From NCBI GenBank assembly GCA_965198225.1, contig CBDAOY010000007.1, positions 1 to 64,000 of the forward strand: a stretch of 64,000 bases of DNA, read 5' to 3'. Source of the DNA: Terriglobia bacterium. Lineage in GTDB: Bacteria > Acidobacteriota > Terriglobia > 20CM-2-55-15. Shown here in pieces: positions 50,557 through 62,821 of the stretch. A program made the translations under genes and the position numbers. The first letter of the stretch is position 1; the number at the start of each line of letters is the position of its first letter. Below the pieces are notes generated by a model, which was not told where the DNA came from, did no database searches, and saw only the letters and a list, made by a program, of their open reading frames with translations.

Positions 50557-50780
50557 CGTGTCCTGCTCCAGCACTCTCTGCTAAGGGGGGCATACTGTTG
50601 ATGCACCTGCAAAAGCCATGGTCGTATCAAGGTAATTTTCCGACAAACCTCCGCATATGGGTTGTCGTCACCGCACGACTGCCGAGACAAGCCCGGCCAA
50701 GTGCCCCCGCAATTCACGGAGATCGGTGCATATCCGCACAGGCGAGCCTCATTCCACCACGATCGATTCACTCAAGGGCT

Positions 50781-50832
50781 ACCTAACGGCCCGTGACACC
50801 GCAGGACCGTCTGGTTCAGCCGCTTGTTCGAC
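50781..50832 (-). other. attC site 3 (toxin-antitoxin cassette), internally deleted
   Basis: GTCGAAC-AAGCG-GCTGAACC..GTTAGGT; 52 bp, matching L' box absent. Confidence 0.7.
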
Positions 50833-51178
50833 CGCTTTTGGTTTCAGGCGATAAGGCGAATACGGAAGCATCGCTGTCCGCTTCGAAGTCCAGAAGACGC
50901 TGTCGCGATCGACTCAGCAGCTTCGCGATGGCTCCCGTGCCCGCATTTCCGACGTCCAACCACACCACCTTTGGCGGCGTGCCCTGAAGAGTGCTCCGTT
51001 CCCGAAAATCGGTGTCCTTCGAAACGATCGCGAAGCCGTTCTCCCGTGCGTAATCCCATATCCTTTCATCCGCCGAGCCCCGGAACTGAATATCTTCGAC
51101 ATGCGTGCTGCCAGGAAAGTCTCGTTCCAAGGAGCGAGCCAACTTCGGACTTAGGTTTTCGTCGAACAGAAGTTTCAC
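50816..51178 (-). CDS. DUF5615 PIN-like toxin (VapC45-like)
   Basis: MKLLFDENLS, D..IWDYA, IVSKDTDF, PPKVVWL; GTGA overlap with antitoxin. Confidence 0.9.
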   Translation of the reverse strand: MKLLFDENLSPKLARSLERDFPGSTHVEDIQFRGSADERIWDYARENGFAIVSKDTDFRERSTLQGTPPKVVWLDVGNAGTGAIAKLLSRSRQRLLDFEADSDASVFALSPETKSGRTSG

Positions 51179-51399
51179 GCAACTGAATTGGTCAGACGAC
51201 GCTCGCGAGCGGCCGCGAAGGACAGGCAGGCCCGAATATCTTCACGGGTCAATGATGGAAAATCCGCTAAGATCTCGTCCTCGCTCATACCCCCAGCGAG
51301 GTATTCGAGGACGTCGAACACTGTAATTCGTGTTCCCTTAACGCACGGCTTGCCACTACGCACGGCCGGATCAATGGAAATGTGTTCCTTCCAGTTCAC
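51175..51399 (-). CDS. DUF433 antitoxin (VapB45-like)
   Basis: ISIDPAVRSGKPCVKGTRITV, ILADFPSL..EDIRACL. Confidence 0.92.
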   Translation of the reverse strand: MNWKEHISIDPAVRSGKPCVKGTRITVFDVLEYLAGGMSEDEILADFPSLTREDIRACLSFAAARERRLTNSVA

Positions 51400-51462
51400 A
51401 ACCCAATTCTACTCCCCGCAGCCGGCCAAGCCACAACTTCTTGGACCGGCCCGTCCTGGTCG

Positions 51463-51523
51463 GTCGAACGGCCGCAATCAGCGGCCCGCGGCTTCGGGGG
51501 ACCGCTGCATTGTTTTGTTAGCA
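51463..51523 (-). other. attC site 4 (ATP-binding protein cassette)
   Basis: TGCTAAC-AAAAC-AAT[G]CAGC..GCTGATT-GCGGCC-GTTCGAC; 61 bp; upstream gene's TAA lies inside R''. Confidence 0.88.
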
Positions 51524-52069
51524 CGATTTGCCCCCATACTTCGTTCCAGCATCGGTGAGTTGCCACGCGGACTTAGGACCAGAAAGTCCGGGCACTCGCT
51601 CAATCAGCCCTTCATCGCGTAGCTTGTAGAACTCATTCTTGACGAGATTCTCAGACTTGATTCCGGTCAGTTCACGAGCCTGTTTGTTCGTTATCTGAGG
51701 GTGCAGCGAGAGAAACGCCATGATCGCTTCACTCGGCGCAGCAAGCGGGGAGTGTGGCAAGACGACCTTCAAATAGTTGTTTTCTTCTTTGATCGCTGGT
51801 TCCTTCAAGCCCCATTCTTTCATTTTCTGGAACGTAGTATTAAGTCCCTCACCGAGGTCTTTGTTCGGCGGATCTTTATATCGATTGAGTGTGCGTACCA
51901 ACCGTGTATTGCGCGAGAACCGAGCGTCTAGGATATTGTCGACTGTGACGTACCCAGGCAATCTTCCAGGGCTGAGGATCTCGATTCGATCATCAAAGAT
52001 GAGAATCTGGATGTCATCAGAGATTGAGTAATCTCGATGGAGTACAGCATTGACTAATACCTCCCAGAT
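51518..52069 (-). pseudogene. C-terminal fragment of an ATP-binding protein (HATPase_c_4/RecG-C-like plus wHTH), truncated by IS3
   Basis: IWEVLVNAVLHRDYS..IFDDRIEILSPGRLP..SRN..GEGL; frame starts exactly at the IS3 end. Confidence 0.85.
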
Positions 52070-52409
52070 TGAACCGCCCCGGGTTTTCTGGAGACAGTTT
52101 TAGTTGAGTCCGGCCTCGATGAGGGCCGGACGGTTGATTCTGATAATACATCTGCTCAAACTCGGCTGGAGGGATATCGCCGATCGGCTCCAGCAATCGT
52201 TTGTCGTTGTACCAGCAGACCCAATCCAGTGTTGCAAACTCCACATCGTCGAGTCCTTTCCAGGGACCGTTGTGGCGAATGACTTCGGTCCTGTACAGGC
52301 CGATCACGGATTCGGCCAATGCGTTGTCGTAGGAATCTCCGATGCTGCCCACTGAAGACTCGATTCCGGCCTCAGCCAGGCGTTCGGTGTAGCGGATCGA
52401 CAGATACTG

Positions 52410-54525
<2,116 letters not shown>

Positions 54526-55869
54526 TCATGGCAGCGGTTGCAATGCACCGTAGATGTGGCTGATACCGAGGCCGGGCCCTGAGGAGGCGCTGTGGCAGAC
54601 GAAGCAGTTCACGCTCTGGTGATAGGTCTCCATCGTCGAATTCGCCAGATCGAGGGAGCCGATCTGCGTGCCCGCTGGCGGAATCTGGCCGTCTTGTGTC
54701 CAGAGCGAGCCGGTTTGGATGTAGTTCTTGCGGACGTCCCCATCGGCCAGTAGACCGACGACGTCGCTGTTCAGGGAGATGATCTCGGTGTTGTTTTCGG
54801 CCGAGGACGCCTGCCCTCCCGCATCGCCCCAGGGGTTGACCCGGTAGGTGTTGCTGGCGCCAATGGTCTGATCGGTTGCGGCGACGATATTGCCCGATGA
54901 GCCGTCTACAGCCATCCTGGCAACGTTGGCGCCGGTTTGGCTGCCACCGGAGGCCATGAAGAGCCAGTTTCCGCCGGAGTCGTACTTGACCAGCTGCATC
55001 GAGCCATCGCTTGACTCGTAGTAGTAGTCGTTGTTGGGCGTATTGCTCAGGTGCTCGAACGTGGCCCAGATCATCTCCGGATGCCCCAGGGCGCTGCCGA
55101 CGACATGCATGCCGACCAGGGCGAGCTCGAGGGTCTCGGAGCCGTCAGGGGTCCAGGTGGTGTCCGACATGGGCGTGTATCGGGGAACCTCGGCACTGAT
55201 CGTCAGATACTGACTGGCCTCAACCGTCGACGCATCGACCCATGAGGTCTTGACCTCAATGGCGAGGGCAGCGCCATCGGCGAACGTCATGCCGGCGAAG
55301 GCCTTGATGGCATCGAGGTCGGCCTGGGTGGTTGGGAAGTCTGTCGCTTCGATCTCGCCCCCCTTCTGGCCGCTGAGGAAGTAGGCATAGACGTCGTTGA
55401 CGTGGATTCCGTAGTACACCAGGGAACCCTGCTGCGAGATCAGCGCGTCGCTGCCGCCGGCCTGACCTGTTTCCCCGATCTCCTCTGGCTTTCGAACCCG
55501 CAAAGTGAAGCCGTTGGGGGCCGTGTTCGGGATGAACACCCTCTCGCCGCTGGCGTCCGCCGGCGACACATCGTAGAAGACGCGAGCGTCGAAGACATAC
55601 CGGTCCGCCTGGACCGGCGAGGTCAGCCAGAGGAACATCTGCGCCGACCACTTATAGAAGTCACACGTGTCATTCTCCTGCGGGAATCCGACGCTGTTCG
55701 CCGCGTCGACGAAACCGTCTTCGGTGACCGTGCCGGATCGGAACCACGAGGAGATCTCCTGCTCCGAGAGCGTACAGGTTGGTGCCGGGTTCGGCGGCAG
55801 CACCGATTGTCCATACAAGATCGTGGCAACGAACCCGGCAGCGAAAAGCACAAGCGCGATCCTTCTCAT
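54526..55869 (-). CDS. Secreted protein with C-terminal CxxCH (putative c-type cytochrome), probable cassette gene
   Basis: Signal peptide, LVGMHVV, WATFEH, LANSTMETY, NCFVCH; AGGAGG RBS. Confidence 0.75.
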   Translation of the reverse strand: MRRIALVLFAAGFVATILYGQSVLPPNPAPTCTLSEQEISSWFRSGTVTEDGFVDAANSVGFPQENDTCDFYKWSAQMFLWLTSPVQADRYVFDARVFYDVSPADASGERVFIPNTAPNGFTLRVRKPEEIGETGQAGGSDALISQQGSLVYYGIHVNDVYAYFLSGQKGGEIEATDFPTTQADLDAIKAFAGMTFADGAALAIEVKTSWVDASTVEASQYLTISAEVPRYTPMSDTTWTPDGSETLELALVGMHVVGSALGHPEMIWATFEHLSNTPNNDYYYESSDGSMQLVKYDSGGNWLFMASGGSQTGANVARMAVDGSSGNIVAATDQTIGASNTYRVNPWGDAGGQASSAENNTEIISLNSDVVGLLADGDVRKNYIQTGSLWTQDGQIPPAGTQIGSLDLANSTMETYHQSVNCFVCHSASSGPGLGISHIYGALQPLP

Positions 55870-55916
55870 GGTCCTGCCCTCCTGCGCCCCTGGGCTCTGT
55901 GGGCGGAGTTGCCCGG

Positions 55917-55967
55917 ATAGATCGGCCTGGCTAACCGCGGATCAGCTCGTTCAGCCGATTCGTCGAC
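55917..55967 (-). other. Decayed attC-like site
   Basis: GTCGACG-AATCG-GCT[G]AACG..GGTTAGC-CAGGCC-GATCTAT; L boxes and 5/6-nt spacers kept, both cores altered. Confidence 0.45.
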
Positions 55968-55982
55968 ATCCGGACGACAGGA

Positions 55983-56011
55983 ACATTAGCGCCCTTGCGG
56001 ACGGAACGCAA
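55983..56011 (-). promoter_or_regulatory. Sigma70-like promoter pointing into the cassette array
   Basis: TTGCGT-17 nt-TAATGT. Confidence 0.4.
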
Positions 56012-56234
56012 GTCAACGAAGGCCCGTTCTTGGACCCAAGGCTCTAGCCGGCACGGCTCGGAGCGCCGGCACGTTTGGGTGACTCAGAGAACCGGGAAGA
56101 GCTTTGTCCGGGTAACGCTACCGGTGTCAGACCAACGAGATGTGAGACCGCGAGGGCAGACACCGATTCCAGGACTTCGACAATACTGGATCAGGCGCAC
56201 TCTTCTTTGGATGGAAGGGGCGAATCCTCCTTCG

Positions 56235-56326
56235 CAGACGTTTCTGCGTAAGCAAACACTCGGGGACAGGGCTATACCCCTGTCCCCCTCACGTCCGTTC
56301 GCTCGCGGTGCCTGGTCGATAGAGCG
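56235..56326 (+). repeat. ~90-bp dispersed repeat, copy 3 (right border of cassette array)
   Basis: Direct repeat of 47734-47826. Confidence 0.85.
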
Positions 56327-56329
56327 TTT

Positions 56330-58921
56330 CTAGGAAATCCCCAACGTGCCGGTTGAGCGGGGAGGGGCCTCGCGGGCGGCGGTGGGTTCGGTCTCGCCTT
56401 CGAACAGGCGGACGCGTCGGAGCAGGAGGTCGGTCAGGTAGAGCAGCAGGGCCACGAAAGCCAGGTAGGGCCACAGCGGGATCGGGCGGGCGGCGCTCTG
56501 TCCCTCGGTCGCGAAGATGTCGGCCGCTCTCGGCGCGTACTCGCCACCGGTCACGGCAGCGACTTCGCGGAGTAGGTCCACGTCGGGGGGGAAGAAGTGG
56601 TACTCCTCCGGATAGGAGTAGGGAAGGGTGCGCTCCACGCCGGCTTCATCCCCGATGATGTGGAACGAGAAGGGACCGCGCTGGTTGACGGGGAAGCGGG
56701 CCTCGTAAGTCCCGGGCCCCGATTGGTGAACATCGACTACGGACGTGTTCTGCCGCGGGTCGACGACCCGGACCTGCGAGTCCAGCTCGTTGCGGAATCC
56801 ACCTTCGTCATCGAACGCCGTGATCACGATGTGGGCTTCATCGTCTTCTTTCTCGATCCGCAGGTCGATATTCTCATCGTCTCGACGGCGCATCGTTTCC
56901 CGGACCATCTGTGGCCAGAACTTTCCGTACCCGTCCCACGTCAGCCATTCCGCCGCCCACCGATTCTTGACGTCGGATGTGAACGCGACGGTCTTGCCGA
57001 GCCCATACTGCCACCGGGCCAGTAACGGCATCTCCTCTTCGGCCTCCAGCAACACCTCGGAGGTTTCCTTGGCGATGGTCGCGACGTAGCCGAGGAGCGG
57101 CGGTGCGTTCGGGAAATCAATTCCCGTGAACGCTTCGACGTCCTTCACCACCGTCGGCTGGAATGACTCTTCCCTCAACGTACCCTGAGTCGCCAACTGG
57201 GTTTCTTCCGTGAAGATCTGCGGAACCATCGCCGCGTCCTCGATAAAATAGGATCTCCCCTCGCCCCATTCCGCGATGTTGGACAGAAGCTCGCGATCGG
57301 CGCCGTTGCCGACGGCAACTGTCGAGACTGTCATCTCCTGGTCCGACATGGATTCGACCAGTCCGACATAGTCGTCCGGCAGCGATCGTCCGTCGGACAG
57401 GAGGATCACGTGACGGACTTCGGCATCGGTGCCGGTCAACTGCAGGTGCGCTTCTCTCAGTGCGGGATAGATATTGGTCTCTCCGCCGGCGATGATCATG
57501 CTCACGCTCTGGTTGATGGCTTCCCGGTTTGAGGCGCGTTGGAGACGCACGGGCCAGTAATGGTTGTAGTCGAAGGCGATGATTCCGATCAGGTGATCGT
57601 CGAGCAGCACTTCGACAGCGGCCTTGGATGCTTCCTTCGCCAGCTCGATCTTCTGTCCGCCCATGCTGCCGGACTTGTCGAGGACGATGATCAGGGCCAC
57701 CGACGCCTCATCACGCTCGAGGTCGAACCGAACCGGAAGGATTTCTTCGACCGGTGTCTCGCTGTAGCCGTTCTCGCCGAACACCGCCTCTCCACCTGCC
57801 AGGATGAAGCCTCCACCCATATCCTCGACATAGCGCTTGAGCGCGATCATCTGTCGTGCACCGAGCTGGTTGGCTCGAACGTCACTGAGAATGACCGTTT
57901 CGTAGGCGTCGAAGCCCCCGGCGGTGGTCGGCATCGCCTCCGAGTTCATCGTGTCGACTTCGATGCCTTCGAGCTCGAGAACATCCGTGAGGTAGTGGGC
58001 GCTCTCGGGACGACCCTCGACATAGAGCACGCTGGGACGACCCTCGACGAGAAGCGATTCCCGGTACAGGTTGTTTTCCGCGAATCCGTCTGCCTGTGCA
58101 GTCAACTCCGCCTCGATCGTAACGGGCCCGTCTTCATCGATGCGCGTCTCGAACCCGATCCGGTTGATCCCCTCATCGAGGTTGACGGTTCTTGTTTCGA
58201 GAACTTCATCTCCCACCCGGACCTGGATCATCGCGGGCCGCGGTGTCTGGCTGTAGGCATGGATCTCCAGGGGAAACAGCTCGTCCCGCGTCACCCGCTG
58301 CGGCGCCATCACGGTTTCGATCCAGGAGTCTCCCGTCGCACGGGACTGGATCGGCACGGCGAAGACCTGAACGCCCTCCTGCTTCATCTTCAGCACGGTG
58401 TCCTTCACCCTGCCCACATTCTCATTGCCGTCGGTCAAGACGACCAGGCGCTTGAGGTGATTGGGCGCGAAGCTGTGCATCCCGCGGTTCAGGGCAGCCT
58501 CCAGATTTGTTCCCGACTGGTCGATCGAGCCCCCTACCGCCCGATTCGAGACTTGAACCGTCCGGAGACGTTCGAGCTCTTCGAAGACCATCGAGTTGTT
58601 CGCGAACCCTACGAAGAGAGAATGCTCAGGATCGCCCTCGGAGTTCGTCTCCTCGATCCAGTCGATGGCCGACTCGATCGCCTGAGGAGAGATGCTCTCG
58701 GACACATCCAGTAGGTAGATAACGGAGAGCCAGCGCCCCGTGCTGTTCACCACCGGCTGCATCAAGGCCAGCACAAGCATCACGGCGAGCGCGGATCGCA
58801 CAACAGTAGCCAGTTTCAGGTGGGTAGGATTGAAATCCGTCATCGTCTGCTTCCGCACCCACCAGAAGAAGGGAACCAGGCCCAACAGCAACAGCGGCCA
58901 GTAGTTTTGGAAGGCAATCAT
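56330..58921 (-). CDS. Membrane protein with two VWA domains and a glutamine-amidotransferase-like domain
   Basis: MIDAS DVSES and DKSGS, LTDG, LSDG, PLLARWQYGLG; terminal TM helices. Confidence 0.88.
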   Translation of the reverse strand: MIAFQNYWPLLLLGLVPFFWWVRKQTMTDFNPTHLKLATVVRSALAVMLVLALMQPVVNSTGRWLSVIYLLDVSESISPQAIESAIDWIEETNSEGDPEHSLFVGFANNSMVFEELERLRTVQVSNRAVGGSIDQSGTNLEAALNRGMHSFAPNHLKRLVVLTDGNENVGRVKDTVLKMKQEGVQVFAVPIQSRATGDSWIETVMAPQRVTRDELFPLEIHAYSQTPRPAMIQVRVGDEVLETRTVNLDEGINRIGFETRIDEDGPVTIEAELTAQADGFAENNLYRESLLVEGRPSVLYVEGRPESAHYLTDVLELEGIEVDTMNSEAMPTTAGGFDAYETVILSDVRANQLGARQMIALKRYVEDMGGGFILAGGEAVFGENGYSETPVEEILPVRFDLERDEASVALIIVLDKSGSMGGQKIELAKEASKAAVEVLLDDHLIGIIAFDYNHYWPVRLQRASNREAINQSVSMIIAGGETNIYPALREAHLQLTGTDAEVRHVILLSDGRSLPDDYVGLVESMSDQEMTVSTVAVGNGADRELLSNIAEWGEGRSYFIEDAAMVPQIFTEETQLATQGTLREESFQPTVVKDVEAFTGIDFPNAPPLLGYVATIAKETSEVLLEAEEEMPLLARWQYGLGKTVAFTSDVKNRWAAEWLTWDGYGKFWPQMVRETMRRRDDENIDLRIEKEDDEAHIVITAFDDEGGFRNELDSQVRVVDPRQNTSVVDVHQSGPGTYEARFPVNQRGPFSFHIIGDEAGVERTLPYSYPEEYHFFPPDVDLLREVAAVTGGEYAPRAADIFATEGQSAARPIPLWPYLAFVALLLYLTDLLLRRVRLFEGETEPTAAREAPPRSTGTLGIS

Positions 58922-58970
58922 GTTTGCTTCCCGTGTCGGGACAAGCTGAACAATTCGTGGAGGCTCGGAT

Positions 58971-60740
58971 TCAGAGTGTGATCCTCCTATGATAGGTCCA
59001 CCATTCTGCGGCGACAAGAACCAGTGCGAGAAACAGCATGTAGAACCACAGCTCGTTGCTGAGTGCCGGAAGAGTGAGCGCCCCCACGCCTCCGCCGGGG
59101 GGAAGAGAAGAGCTGTTTACGTCCGAAGACCGGCGGTCCGTCAGGTTGGCGGCGACCCGAACCCGCCTGCCGGCGTCGGTGGCGGCCAGCAAGTCCGGTT
59201 CGGTCATCTCGACGACCGTCCGACCAAACCGACTCTCGGTCGGGAGTTCGGAGCCGTCCAGGCGCGTCACGCTCGACGTCTCGACCGGAAACTCGATCAC
59301 GCCGAGGCCTGTTCGTTCGGCCAGTGCCTCGCCGGAAAACCACGTCAGGACATTCTGCACGAAGACGGGAAAGCCGAGATGAAGAGCGAAGTCGGACGAA
59401 TCGAGGCCAAAAGCGACCAGGACCTTTTTCCTCGGGCCGTCCATCGCGACGATCAATGGGCCCTCCTCCGAAGATGCCACCACCGTCGCGTCGCCCGCCG
59501 CGATCTGGCCGGCGCCTTCGATCTTGAGATCATGCAGCTGAACGAACTGCATGATCGGATGATCGGAATCCCACGAAGCGACTCGCGGTTCCTGCACGGT
59601 TCGAACGGACCGGGGCAACCAGCCGACATTAGTTGCGCCGAAAACCAGGCTGGGTCTTGCCGGTTCCGCCGCGGGAGCCGTTCCTTCGAAGATGTAGACA
59701 TCGGAAGTGGTCGTCTCTCGGAAGTCTTCGGGTCGGACCACGCTCAGGCTGACGCCGGGCGACAGCCTGAGAAGGGTTTCCATGTATCCGCCCGTCGCTC
59801 GTGTCACCAGCGTCACCCGGGCCCGCGTCCGCATCGGCAGGTAGGCGAAGGCCGTGTCGTCGATCGCCAGGGCGTCGCCGTCAGCCTGAATACTGACGCG
59901 GATCCCTCCTCCGTCGAACTGGGACATGTCGAATTGGTTCTTCCAGGCTCCTCCGGTCTCAATCGAGACGGCTCTCGTCGCGCGCTGTCCGCCCGCGCCA
60001 CTCATCAAAATGCGGACGTTCTTGTCCTCTTCGGAATAGTTCGACACTTCCAGATGCGCCTGGTAACCGGATGGGCTCGTGGGGTCGACCCGAATCTCGA
60101 ACGCCGTGATCCCCACGTTGTCCGCCGGCTCGAACACGGAAACCGTCCGGGCCGAACTCGGGACATCGAGCCGGGCGACACCGTCGGAAATGAAATAGAG
60201 GTCGGTACCCGATATCGGCACGTCAGGGAATCGCAACTGTCCCGCGAAGGGCCGCATGCGGTCCAGGGCGGCAGAGATGGCGTCGCGATCTTCTGTCAAC
60301 GGCGTCTGTACCTGACCGGATGTGTCGGCGGCCAGGAAACCGGCCGGCGAATTGCTGTTTTCCAGGATGCGGCGCGCTTCGGCCGCCGCGGTTTCCCACC
60401 GTGTCCGGCCCGTTGATGTCCGTGTCGACATCGACGGCGAACTATCCATGACGATCACGATCGGCCGCATCTGTCCCGAAAGAGCCTCGATCTGAGGCCT
60501 CCCGAGAGACAGGGCGATCAGCAGCGCGATGGCGAGCGCCACGGCAAGAGAGATCCAGCGCCGCAGCCTCTCCATCAACGAACTGGTGTCTCTGTCTTCC
60601 AGCACTCTGCGCCACAACAGCGACGAAGCAACGACCACCCTGCGGTGACGCAGCTTCAGGAAGAACAGCACGACGACGGCGGCCGCGGTCAAGGCCGTCA
60701 GCAGCAGGACTTGCGTCGTCGTCAGTGCAAGAAAACTCAT
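58971..60740 (-). CDS. BatA + VWA domain protein
   Basis: N-terminal BatA double TM (LKLR..SSLLW..LGRP), DSSPSM, ISDG, C-terminal AEW TM. Confidence 0.85.
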   Translation of the reverse strand: MSFLALTTTQVLLLTALTAAAVVVLFFLKLRHRRVVVASSLLWRRVLEDRDTSSLMERLRRWISLAVALAIALLIALSLGRPQIEALSGQMRPIVIVMDSSPSMSTRTSTGRTRWETAAAEARRILENSNSPAGFLAADTSGQVQTPLTEDRDAISAALDRMRPFAGQLRFPDVPISGTDLYFISDGVARLDVPSSARTVSVFEPADNVGITAFEIRVDPTSPSGYQAHLEVSNYSEEDKNVRILMSGAGGQRATRAVSIETGGAWKNQFDMSQFDGGGIRVSIQADGDALAIDDTAFAYLPMRTRARVTLVTRATGGYMETLLRLSPGVSLSVVRPEDFRETTTSDVYIFEGTAPAAEPARPSLVFGATNVGWLPRSVRTVQEPRVASWDSDHPIMQFVQLHDLKIEGAGQIAAGDATVVASSEEGPLIVAMDGPRKKVLVAFGLDSSDFALHLGFPVFVQNVLTWFSGEALAERTGLGVIEFPVETSSVTRLDGSELPTESRFGRTVVEMTEPDLLAATDAGRRVRVAANLTDRRSSDVNSSSLPPGGGVGALTLPALSNELWFYMLFLALVLVAAEWWTYHRRITL

Positions 60741-61624
60741 TTCAGGAACCTACCCTGCCGGAAAACTTCCAGGATCAAATCCTCGAAGGGAAAATTCGTC
60801 AGCGTGCGGACGTAGCCGAGCTGGTACTTCACCGTATACCGCCGGATTTCCTCGCAGTATTCCCCCATTTCTCTCATGTAGGCGTCGAGCAGATCCGCGG
60901 TTACGGTCACCTCGCGACTCGTGTTGTCTTCGGAGTCGACCAACTGGAGCTGCCCGCGAATGAGCGGATCGATCTCCTCATGGGCGATGACCTGGAGGGC
61001 GAAGATGTCGTGCCGGTAATAGCGCAACATGTTCAGGCCGTTATCGAATCCGTTCGGATCGAAAAAATCGGAGATGACGACCGCCAACCCGCGCCTTCTC
61101 TTGCCCGTACAGAAGACCTTGAAGGCTTCCTTGGCATTGGTTTCGCCGGAGGACTCCAGTTCGGATAGGAACTGGAACAGTTTGAAGATCTGGTGCTTGC
61201 CGCGCTGAGGAGAGAGTTCCCGTTTGACCCCGTCGGCGTAACCGACCACGGTCACGCGATCCAGGTTCGCCAGACCGATGTAGCATAGCGCCGCGGCGAC
61301 CTTCCGGGCATAGTCAAGTTTCGACGGGTCTCCGTAGTTCATCGAGCGGCTGCTGTCGATGAACATGTAGATCGGCAGGTCCTCTTCCTCCTCGTAGAGG
61401 CGCAGCAGCAGTTTGTCCAAACGCAGGTAGGTTTTCCAGTCCAGGTACCGGAAGTCATCCCCGGGTACGTACCCCCGGAAGTCGGCGAACTCCAGACCCG
61501 AGCCCAGCTTTCGGGTGCGCCGTTCGGCCTTGAACTGGCCCGCGAACCGTTTCGATACGATCGCCAGATACTCCAGCTTTCGCATGAACTGATCGTCGAA
61601 CGGCGCGATGACTGTCTTCGACAT
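60737..61624 (-). CDS. DUF58 protein
   Basis: GSGLEFADFRGYVPGDDFRYLDWK, DSSRSM, ISDF. Confidence 0.93.
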   Translation of the reverse strand: MSKTVIAPFDDQFMRKLEYLAIVSKRFAGQFKAERRTRKLGSGLEFADFRGYVPGDDFRYLDWKTYLRLDKLLLRLYEEEEDLPIYMFIDSSRSMNYGDPSKLDYARKVAAALCYIGLANLDRVTVVGYADGVKRELSPQRGKHQIFKLFQFLSELESSGETNAKEAFKVFCTGKRRRGLAVVISDFFDPNGFDNGLNMLRYYRHDIFALQVIAHEEIDPLIRGQLQLVDSEDNTSREVTVTADLLDAYMREMGEYCEEIRRYTVKYQLGYVRTLTNFPFEDLILEVFRQGRFLK

Positions 61625-61667
61625 GCTTAGTGAACGCGGGCGTTCCGCCCGCAGTAGCCAGTCGCCG

Positions 61668-61763
61668 GTAGTCAGTAGTCAGTTGAAGAGTCGCCAAACG
61701 AAGATTGGTCAGTGATCAGCGACTGGCAAGCCGTGCGTTCCTATTTGACTGACTACTGACTAC
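61668..61763. repeat. Heptamer (CTGACTA) inverted-repeat element inside the MoxR operon
   Basis: Perfect 16-bp IR GTAGTCAGTAGTCAGT / ACTGACTACTGACTAC. Confidence 0.7.
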
Positions 61764-61825
61764 TGATTAATGCCCACTGGCCGCGCAGCGGCCCAACGGC
61801 CTACGGACAACGGCCTACGTCTTCC

Positions 61826-62817
<992 letters not shown>

Positions 62818-62821
<4 letters not shown>

